64,000 bases of DNA from positions 18,848,001 to 18,912,000 of the forward strand of contig NC_135251.1 of NCBI RefSeq assembly GCF_964204865.1, written 5' to 3'. Both the position numbers and the translations under genes were made by a program. Below, one piece after another: positions 35,201-47,200 of the stretch. Each line of letters begins with the position of its first letter. The stretch's first letter is position 1. The stretch comes from Styela clava (Eukaryota). A model generated the notes under the pieces. That model saw nothing but the letters and a program-made list of their open reading frames with translations, did no database searches and was not told where the DNA came from.

Positions 35201-38200
35201 GTTTGTAAAGTCTGTATGTATCGATCTTCTCACTACAGTGATGTGATTAAACATTTCAGGTATGCTATGTTGTTGATAAAACAATGGATATTTGGATAAA
35301 TTTGTGTTGATATAAAATTATAAAATCAAAACTCATTTAGCTTTTCAACAAGTTAATTATTATGTTGACATCTATTGTCACTGAATCTATACTGCTGGTA
35401 ATGTATTGGTTTTCATGTGGAACATAAATAGTAATGGCAATTAAACAATTACTTTTACATAGATAAGACAAGATCAATTTGCTGCTTTAGGTTTATTGAT
35501 AATTTTATATCAACAACTTTATTATTATTTTATCATCTTTTTGGTTCATTCAGTGTGTATTACCCATTTTCTGCTTTTTTATGCTTATTGAAAATTTTAT
35601 ACCAAAATATTTATTTATTTTTTTGTCATCCTGGCTCTTTCATTGTATATTTCCTATTGGGGAGTGGATGAGGAGTATGATGAGAATAATTTTTAAAGTA
35701 AAGGTTTGCAACCTGTGATTCCAGTATCTTTATGCCCATTTTTCTAACCACTCGTAATAGCAATAATACTTTCATCTTTAATTATGATCTACTATATCAG
35801 TTTAAACATAACAAAACAATTTTCATTTGCAGGGATGCTCACACAGATACTACAGCCCTGATGTGTCCGTTCTGTTTGACTGTCTCCTACAATGCCAATT
35901 ACTTCCTGAAGCATGTTATTCAGCATATCGTAAGTCATTGTTTCTGTAAATTACATAGAAAAATAACATAGAATGTCAGTTCACTGATGACTGGTTCGTT
36001 TTCAGAAATCCTCAGCTGATTGTTACCGGTGTCGCCTTAAGTTTGTCAATATCAAGGATCGATCTTTTCATATACAGACTGATCACCAGTCACAGACTAT
36101 AAAAGAAAAGGCAAAGAAATTTAAGAATCTAAACAAGTGCCAGGTTCGTTAAATATTGCTCAGCTTGGATGGCCACCGCATCTCTGCTTACCCTGCGTAG
36201 GTTCGCAGGTTCGAATCCCATGCGGGGATGGTTATGTGCGAGAGGATTGCTGTACTCCTTGCCGCAAAAAAGTGGTTCATGTGACCACTGGTCAGTTACG
36301 GCTTCCTCCACCATCAAGTTGATGCTTCCGAAAACAAATAACTGGCGGACTAATCCCATACCCGACCTGGACTGGTAACCGGACGGGACGCCGTGGTTCG
36401 CCATATGATTGAGCAGTCTTATCCTATCCTAATGTGCTTTTTATTATTAGTGATTTTTGAATTTATTTACACGATTTCATTTCGAATATTTTTTAGGTTT
36501 ACGTCAGAGTTTCTCCATTACAACTCGCACATCGACAAAATTTATTGAATAAAACAAAAATGTTGAAAGATCAGATTGAATCTAATTCAAGTGGGGATTC
36601 TAGTCAAAGTGGGTATTAATTAAGATTTGTAAAATCCTATTTTCCTATCCTTTCTGAAGTTTGATAACCGGAAATGTTATATTACAATGATATATATTAT
36701 CTGCAGCAGCATAACAACATCATACTTCATTATTATTAATGAAAGTGGGATTGAAATTAACTTCATTAGGTTTGCGAAACAAATCTTATATAATGCTCAT
36801 TTCTTGATAATTTTTAGTGGTGTTTTTCTTTGTACAAACAATGCTCGCATCTGCAGAGTTTTGAGTCTATCTATTGTACGACTCTCACAACTACCAGCAC
36901 CTTGAGTTATGTTGCGATCCGCTCCATATTTTTCCTACACATGTAATAAAGTTTACAGTATTTTACAAGGGAGTTGTGTGCTACTGATAGTCGCCCCTGC
37001 AAAACGAAATTCTGCAGTTAAGTTTGATTTGTTTATTGTAATTTATCTTATACAGAACCGATATTCTCGATCTCATTGCTACCCAAAAAGCAAAATATTG
37101 AAGTAGCAGGTGCTTTGACTGGATCATCAGTTGAAACAGGATCACCAGTTGCAAAGAAGACGTCTTCCATTCCAAATGTTCAATTGCCTGCTTATCTCAG
37201 CCCTCTGAAACGGCCGACAAGAATAAAAAAACTCAGGTAAATTGTTTAATACTATCAAATTGCTAAGCTATCTTTTCTTACCAATATCAAACAATTTTGG
37301 CAATGTATTGGATAAAACTCCAGCCAACATGATTTCTGTACATCCCCAATGATTTAAATTTTTTCATGTGCAATAGAAAATATGTGAAAAAACAGTTGAT
37401 TTGGTGTTGGACAAATGTTGAGATGAATATTGACGCAATCATTTTTCAATTTTCCTTGATTACTTGAAATCAACTAAACCTTGTTTTCTGTGTGACTGAC
37501 GGATGGCAAATTCTAAAAATGATGGATTTTAAATAATTTCTAAAATCATTTACTTACTGTAATTTCCGGCCATAAGTCGATTTTCTGGACCCAATTGTTT
37601 GGTTAAATTTTCTGAGCTCTGCTTATTGGGTAACCTTTTATCAATTTTGGACTGGAAAAGGGTGACGATAATGTGCCCTTTTTGTCAGTTTCATGGATTG
37701 GCTTTCTCACACTGTGAATCTGAAATATCTCCGCTGTGCCTATTTGAACTGACAAAAATGACTAACAGGGAAAAAAGTTTCACAATTTTCGAACTTGCCT
37801 ATTGGGAGTTAAAATATGGAAAAGCCATCATTTTTAGTGCTAAAAATTCACTTTTCACTTATCCGCTGAGTCAGATGACTCATTAGCCAGGAAATAGGGT
37901 ACTTTATTGAACATAACATTTTTCACATAGTTGAATATTGGATTTATATTTGAACATATAAAAATTTATATTTTTACGTTCATTTTACATTTCTGCCTGT
38001 ATTTTTATTCAACAGAATGACACCGAGGGAATTTTCTGTTATCAGATGTCATGAATGCCAAGATTCTATTACAATCGAAACTGATCTTCTAAAACATTTC
38101 AGTCATTATCATGAGTGCAGATGGTGTGTTTATGTAACTGCATGTGAAAAAGCCTCACATAATCATGTTCTCAAGTAAGTTAAGTTTTCGTTTGGTTTGC

Positions 38201-41200
38201 CTGATTTTTAATTTCTTAATTATAGTTATATCGGTTTTTATTGTAGTATTTTGACTGTTTTGGTATGATATTGATAATCACTCTTCTCAAATATATATAA
38301 TGTAACCTAATATGTTGATACAAAAGTTTCCTTGAATGACAGCCAAGTGCTTAGCGGCGCCAAATTATCACAGAAAAAACTCACGGCGCACTTGCACGGA
38401 AAAAATGAAGCTTTTCAAATAAAACTCAATTTTGGTATTGCTAATGTGTACTTTACGCATTATAAAGTTTTTAAACACAGAGGCATAAGGAATAAAGGCA
38501 AATTGTCAACTCTTCTTCCTCATCTCTGCTTGATTTTCATTTGAAATGCTAGAAAAATCACCCACATTTGCTAAACTCGGTTCAGTAGATATATGAACTG
38601 CAGCTCGCAAAATTGCACCAAGTAGACACTACGTAACAGGAAGTAAACGACATAGAAAAGATAAATAAATTTATTGATTTATATACACAGCATTTAAAAT
38701 AAGAAACAAAAAAACATTCATAATAAATACAATATCTAAAATATTCTGTTAATAATTGCGGCGCACCTATCAACTCGTCACGGCGCACTAACGCGACATG
38801 ACGTATCCTTTAGGAACCGCTGGCTTAGTAGATTCTATACAATGTGTCAAATGGCTTTAAAGTTGATCGCTATTTGCAGGTTTGAATGTCTTTTTTCATA
38901 TCCATTTGATTTCACCTATTGGAAATGGTAATATAAATCCCATGGAATGATTAGTAATTTTTTATGCTTTTATCAGAGAACATGCTGATGCTGAAATGCG
39001 AGAAGAACTCACTGGAAGAGTTGAAAAACCCGAGTCTCCAATACTTTCATCTGCTATGGTAGATGAAGAAGAGCAGCCTACACCGCAGGTTAAGAAGGAG
39101 CCCACCATTGAGGTGACCATCAAATATAGTAGTCAATTATGACTTTTTTCACGCTTTTCGCGCGAAACCTTTTCCTTCAAAAAGTCCGGGAGTCTTTTCA
39201 GTTCGAATTAGTCTTACACGCTCGGTGAGCTGACTGAGGGGGCATGGGATTTGGACCAAAGATGTCTAATCTGCGATTTTACTGCCAAACAATCGCGCCA
39301 TGCAAAGCTCTGAGTTCATATTGTTTTGGTGACTATCATCTGATTTCTATATTTTCATTTTAACAAGGTTCCCGATAAGCAATTGCTACCACCAACAGCA
39401 GAAGCTACAGAGGAAGAAACAACTAAATCAACGCTTGTTAATAAGAGGTAAGATGCATCTTCTTTGTAGTGTAGTTGAAAGCCTTTAGCATATATTCCTG
39501 ATAGTCGTTCCACTCAAAGCAGGCATTTTGTCAGCAGGCTGGTTTTTTGTGGTTTTAACATCAAATCCATCAAGTCAAGTTTATTATATCTTGATTCTTG
39601 AGTCAGTACAGCGGTTGAATTCATAACATTGTGCTGCCAACAGCAACAACATAGGTCAGTGCTTTTTACCTTGGGATCCGCAGAAGTTCTTCCAGTCCAG
39701 TCCAGAGGTTTCGCAAGTTTCCATTCAAATCTGAGAGTCAATTTTCACATACGTGCACTTGAAGAGCATAAGAGTTTGTTTATATATATATATATTGATA
39801 GTTCACACAATTCTCACAAATAAATATTGTGAAGGGAAGGGGTTTTTCAAGCTTCTGAAGGTTCCGCTCCAATCAAAGCGGTTGAAAACCTCTGTAATAG
39901 GTCAAAGTGTAAAATTACATCAGCACATAGTGTTGGAGATTACTTTTGTGTAAGAAGTATTTCATATATATAGTATTCAATATATCCACTAATCAAATAT
40001 TTATAAGAAAACAATCCCAGGTAAAGCTGGAATTTTAGTAGTTTCATTTGCCAATTTGTTCAAGGTCTAGTAAATGGTAGCCACTAGGTGTAGCTGTAAC
40101 TTCATAGATTTCATGTACTTTCCTAGTCAAGAAATAATCAAATCTTTCAATGCAGTTTTCACAAATTATATTTTTGGGAGTCTATTTGTAAAACCACAAA
40201 CCTTTTGAAAAAGGATGGTTTGGTTTTGTATTGTGTTGTTGTGTATACCGATTAATTTCCAATGCCATAGTTGTTAGTAAATTTGCCTATTCAACTAGTC
40301 ATTGCATATTATAGATCAGGGATGTCCAACCCGCGGCCCACAGGAAAAATTCGGGCGGCCCACTGGAAGAATTCGGGCGGCCCACTTGAAGTTTTTTTCA
40401 TAAATACGGACATATAAACATAATTAACATAAAAATTCCCTGGTATGATAACAAATCTTACTAGAATTTAGGCTCTAATTTCACGCGACTCCGCCATCAG
40501 AAAAGCGTTGTTTAGCGCCACAGAACATGATTTTACAGCGGGCTCAAGCGTGCAACATCTGTGTCGACACAATGAGTTTTCTACCCATTGTGAAGTCATT
40601 AAGGTTGAAGTCACATACCGGTACTGTGTTCTATCGATGTTGTATCACGAAGACAAATCCACCAGTATGTCTGGAAAATAGATGGAGCTTAAGGATGCAA
40701 ATCGGAAATATCAAAAGGATTGGGAAGAGTTGTAAGCAACGATGGATACCTAATGTGCCATAAATCTGTTTCGAGCTTGAAGTCGTATAATTTGAAAATT
40801 ATGAAGTTGAAGCATAGGAGTATTCGGAGGAACGAAAATTTGACAAGCCGGTTAGTTACATTGTGTGGTATCAAAACTATCCGTTGATATTAAACAGTTG
40901 AGCAATGACAATCAAAAGCAAGTTTCGAACTAGTTGAAGAGAAAGATTGCTAATTTTATTTTTTTTTACACCAATGTATGTGCATTTTGCATAAAATTTG
41001 AGTTGAATATCATGGTCTTTGTGTGCATCTTGTGTTCAGAAATCCGCAAGTATGTTGTTGTTGTGCAATATTGGCGTTTGATTTAGCGACGCTCAAATTC
41101 TAACGTAAATCGGAATTGGGTTGCTATTTAAGTTTGGTAAAAACGTTTGCGGCCTGCAATGAATTTCCCCATGTGAAAGTGGCCTGCGACACTAAAACAG

Positions 41201-44200
41201 TTGGACATGCCTGTTATAGATTCTCTTCAATCTCAGTTGGGCCACCTTATCTATGTCAACCACTTGGCTAAGGGTGCAATGAATTAGTAATACAGAATTA
41301 TAATGGTTATAGAATCTTACAAAATCATATATCTTCTTACTGGCTTATCTTGAGCCTGGTTCAGAGCTCTAGAGGTAAGGTATAAAACATATTGTAAAAT
41401 GTGCAATCTACATTATCAGTTTTTCATACTGTTGTCCTAATCCATTCCTTCAATTACAACAATCTCATGTAAAGGTAGCCTATTTTCTGCGCTAAGTCTG
41501 GAGTATAATTCTCTGTTGAATGTCATGTGCAACAGTGCAAGCATCTAATGCTATTCAACGCAATGTATTTTTTCTTTTGAAAGCATTGTTTCTTTTGTGC
41601 AAAATCATTTTCCAGAATCAATATATTTATTTTAAAATACTTTTAATGATTACTTTCACAGTTTACACTGTACAACTAGGAATAATGTACCCATCGTCTC
41701 TCCACATTTATTTAAGTTTACAATTTTTTTTATACATTTTTACTCCTAATGAGGCACTGTTATATATTATGCTCATATTTTTGGTTGAACTGAAATCTTT
41801 CTGATTGCCATTGCCTATCAAAGTTGTTACTCACTGGGTAAAGTGATGAGCATGGAGCTTGGACCAGAGATATCTGAACCTACGATGTCAATACAGCTGA
41901 AGTCCAACCTCTCTAACCAATTGGCCATCATTTTCTTCCCATTTTCTCAACATTCTCAGGTTTTGTAATCAGATACCATTTTTGTAAATATCCGTTTTAT
42001 TTTTGAAATTATGCAAAAATCTTGAAGCAGCACAATCATGCTATGATAGAAATATTTACGCGAAAATATGTATAAAAACATACGCTATCCATGTAATTAT
42101 GGAGTGTCAAAAAAAAAAAATCGTTTTTGATAATTCGTTATTAATAATAGCCTATACATGATAACATATCTTGTTCATGCAATTTGCTTGCTTGAATGAT
42201 GACAAGAGGATGAATGTTCCCTCTCACATCGAGTCCTTAAATAAAGCATAAACGATTCCGAAAGCACTGGATAAGCTGGGCTAAAGTTAGCTAGCTACCA
42301 GTACTTTTAGGACAGCTGCACTTTGAAAATAATTTAAAGTTGTTCTGTTGAAGATGAACATCCATTTACGTGTTCTTTCCAAAGTATTCATCAAAGGCTT
42401 TGCATTGTTAGGGCATAAAGAGAGAGGAATTGTTAAGGGGTCAAGGGTTGGGAAAAACATTCATTGTCATGATTTCTCATAGTATTCAAGTCAGTTATCC
42501 TGTTTGTCAGATATATTATTATACAATATACAAACAAAGTTTTTCACAACTTTGGTGTTGTGAAGTTGTGTCGCTGTTAGTCCAGCTCTTTATCCTTGCA
42601 GTTTGACGGTTTTCATTTGATGTTTGTTGCAACTTTAAAATGTTTGAATCCAGCTGTCAGGTAGAGTGGTGGAAGTATAATCGGTGCTCCATAATATCGA
42701 GTACTTTCGAATGGTAGTTGCTCAATCTTTTTTGGCTTAAAGAAAAAAAAATTCAATTAAAGACATAATTTTCAACTTATTGGAAAAAAATTGCTTTTCT
42801 TAAAAAACTAATAGAACAATCATTTTGTAATTTTCAGTACTCTGAATATGATTTAGTCGTTAGAAAGCAATTCTTCATTTTTTTTATATTTTCTCCATGA
42901 GATTCAATATACCATTCAAAATTTCCGGTGTTCCTATAAATATTGCATCAGCGCCCATTCTTATGTCAAACAAATTCCACATTTTTCATACAAAATCGTT
43001 GTGCTCTGCGGTCTGACCGGTACCTATTTGTGATTGCACAATGGTATTTGTGATTGAGTGATATTGTTCACTTTGCCATAAATGATGAAAATATTGTAAT
43101 TGCAATTTAAATTAAATTAGGTCATGTTCCCTATTTTTACAATCGACTTCTGGTTCATTGGTTGTCCTATATTACTAAATGTAAAGATATGCTAATTGCA
43201 TGTCCTTCCTTCCACGGTGTGTCCTTGTTGAATATGCTTAGTAAGTAAAAAGTGTATACCAATAAAAAAAAAACCTAAACGCATTTTGCATACTACAAGT
43301 TTTACAGAACTTTCACTAGATCATAGTCTAGCTTCGTCAGATATAAATTCTAGTGTGAGTTAGTAATACTGTTTATCTTACCTCTGCAAGCTGCTTCAGT
43401 GGCATTTCTTCTCCATACAGATGTGTCTCAATTGTGTCAAACTTCTGTACTCTCAAATCTGTCTGGTTTGTTGCTGCCTTTAACATTGTTGATCCTGAAT
43501 ATTAGTTACATGTAAATTATAATTTTGTTACACCAAATAACATACATCATGTCTAAACACATTACAACACCCTAAGTTACTGTTTAATAGAAGAAAAATA
43601 CTTTACACACCTGTATTTTTCTTTTTTGTTGTGTAATGTAGGATTTCTTTTTCTTTTTTGGTAATCAAATGGTAATCTTACTTGATAGTAGATAAAAACT
43701 CAGTTCAAATATTTAATGTGTTATCAAGTTGATATACAAGGCAGCTTTATTTACTTAATCTGTAAATTCAATTTAGTATGATTTAAAAGATTGAAATTAT
43801 GTAATATACATACATCTTCTATAAATATCACAAGATAAAAGCTTAAAAGGTAAAAAAGTATTTTATACACAAATCTTATTTTATGTAGCAACATTAAATA
43901 ATTACTTGAATGATAGAATTTAGAAAAAGTTGGTTTAACATCGGCTGGATTATGATAAATAGGCAAGTATCACGTATATATCTTAATTTTGATGTCTCAA
44001 ATTTCTTCAAAATATTTTCGTTGCCTGATTCTGTAAATCAAACATAACATGAAACAGAATTCAAAATTATCATCTATATTTTATATATTGATCATGTATT
44101 CATTTTAATTTTAACTTCTAAAGTTTCTCCAAAATATTATTTGTATTTGTATTTATTTTTCTCATCTCATAAACTCTTTTTAGATAAAGTTAACTTTAAA

Positions 44201-47200
44201 TTTTGAAGATCGAAGAATTTTGCAATGTTGCCTTTTTTAATAGAATATATATATAATGTCAGGCACTAGTACAAGTCATGAAACTTAAATAGTATGTGAA
44301 CAAGTGCATGAAATAAAAACAAAGCTTTATTCGATGAATATCAATGTCTTGATATAACATCAAACTGAAACTGTATTTTAAAATGAACTACACTCTTCCA
44401 ATATTGAAATTTAGAAGTCTAATATTAAAATTTGGAATGCTTCATAAAGACATGCTACCCTGCAAGGCATTTCTCAAATAATACTAAATATTGCATGAAT
44501 TTTCTCTCTTATCATCCACTTTGTATCCACAATGAATGGCAATTTTATTCCCAGATCTGTTTATATACATATGCTCGTCCATCTTCATAAAGTCATATCA
44601 AGTTATTAGAAATTTGCGTAAGATGACATCGTTGTCAACATTTATCCAAAATTCAGTAAACATGTTTCTATCTACCGTGAGATAAAATTTATGTTTCGCT
44701 CACACATACACATATTGACGTCCTTTTGTCACTATAATCCAGGTGTTTATCATGTCACAATAGCATTTATTATCGAGTCACCATCACACTATCCACCTTC
44801 TTATATTTCTCCAACTCATATTGAACAAACAATGCCCTCCCCTTTGTAATAATGACAAGTTATGTCACCGACTTTATTACCCTTGCCACAGAGTTCTTAA
44901 TTAAGCTCCTGAATATGTAAACATTACCAGGCCAATAAGCTTTGTAACCACAACTCATAAATCACAATTTATTGAGAAACACATGTTACATGCTATGGAA
45001 TGTGTTTGATCACAATTTACAATGACAGATATTGAGACTCGTGAACATGTCATTGTTTTATAACAGCAAATAAGTTTTAAATAATTTGTTATTTTATTAT
45101 TTGAGGGGGGGGGGGGAGAATATGTTCTAAATTTGGCCCCACTCAACATAGGACAAGATATGTTCATTGAGAATTGGTAAAGTTCTCATACTTATTTTTA
45201 AATTATTCCGGACATTGAATATAAATAATTTAAAATTGATTTAAATCAGTTTTGAACAACCCTGATATTTTGCTTTCCAACCTTTTGATTTTATAAATAC
45301 CAAAATAATATTATGTTACTTGCAAATAATACTAAAATCCTGCATTTCGATCACATTTTGCAATACTAAAAAAAGAAGCAATGGTGCTCACTTTCCATTG
45401 GCTATAGATTTGTAGTTTTACAATGACATTATTTTCAAATGTTATCCCAAGATGACAATTTTGAACATTGCTATAGATTGCATTTGAATGATGCACTTAT
45501 TTTAGGGTTCATATTCATGGATATACAATTATAACAGTTTGTAAAGTTTACAGAATTTGGTGAGGCAAGACTCTCTCTACATTACAGCTTAGTATTTTCA
45601 ACAGTATCAATTTCATGTGTAAAGTTATGTTTGACGTTTCTCAGACACCAGATCTTTGTTTTAAAAACAAACTAAATACTGCTTTCCGCTTCTATATTAC
45701 AATAAATAGTCAAGTAGGTTTATTCATAATTTCTTAACAATCTTAAAATGATATTTTTGATTACGTATTAGCATTGTTCAATGTAATTTGATACTGTTGA
45801 AATGGTGTTGTCTGTATTAGCGATGATGTCCTGAATTTTTATATTTGGTTGTTTCTCCTGTGTTTTCCATTCAATTTCCTGTGACTGTTCAGATTATTGT
45901 ACGTCAGAGCTTGTTTAATACTTTTCAAATGAATAATTCCTATTTGAAAAATGCTGTAAAATCACTGTCATTTTTGGTGAATTAAATTTTGTTGACAAGT
46001 CTATGAAGAATCATCAGCTAATATTATGAATATCAAGTTACTTACGGTATTTCTCCTGTGTTTCCCATTCGATTTCTATCAGTTGTTTAGATTATATATT
46101 ACATCAGAACTTGATTTATAGTTTCCAAATGAATAAATCATAATAAAAAATGCTGTAAATCACTGTCTCATTTTTAGTTATTTAATCTTAGTCACAAGTC
46201 AATGAATCTTCCAATATTACTGATATTAATAATACACATACTGTTGATCTAGCTTCCTATTTAATAACAAAGTTCTTCAATGACCCCAACGTTGACAGTT
46301 AGTGTAAATATGCTGTAACATCATGTCTGGTAATTTGATAAATAGTTCAAATATTTGTTATGATCTGTTTCCCAGAATCTTCATGTATTACGTTATAAAG
46401 TTGTGTTTAACATAAATTGGTTATGGCAGTGGTGTCTATCTAAGTATAGGTATAGCTTATGCTTGATATAATTGTATTAGTTAGGAGTGCTCAAATATAT
46501 TGTAACATCTTTAAACTTTATGATATTGTATAAACTGATCACACAGATGAACCATTGTTGGGCAACATGTTTGCTTATCAATAAAATGAATTATTCCAAT
46601 AATGATCATGTTTGTTATATAAAGCTACCCGGGACAAAATGGTTATTATTGCAAGCTTCGAACTCTGACATAATTTCAGGTTTATATTCATTTGATAAAA
46701 ATAAGTCACAGTATTTCTGTAGCTGGTTTGATAACCATAAACATTCTTAAAGCCTTTCCAACCCATGATAATAAAAATAATTCATTTCTTTGTCTCAAAC
46801 AATTATTGAACACAGTGATCTTTTATTTGGAATAGTCTAATTCAACATTTCCCAATTTCCTAACCTGGAGGTATGTTGTTGTTCTTAGGGAAGAATTTGC
46901 TATGTATTTGCTGTGGTATTACTAATATTCTCTTATTATTTATCATTACTAAATTCCTGTTTACGCACACATTATGCAAACATTATGAACTACTTGAACT
47001 CGAGAAAGGGGGAGTGCGCAATTTGCGCAAAACACTAGCTAAGGTTCTATGAAAGATTGGACAAATAATTGGACAAACTTGATCTATAGAATATATTTCA
47101 CCTCGCAACCTTCATTTTTCAGTGCTGATACTTCAAAAGCCCGCCGCAAGCAATCAAACCCAATGAAAATTAAGAATAGTGGTAAGACCATCTATGTCTT

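Noticed and set aside
43382-43486. Resemblance of [20 protein letters not shown] to ribosome recycling factor (LD.I.V..YG...PL.QLA)
   Set aside because: No neighbouring exon encodes the rest of RRF (LNP, IRVP.P, EER motifs), so this is probably a chance match. The exon is kept only as part of an unknown nested gene.
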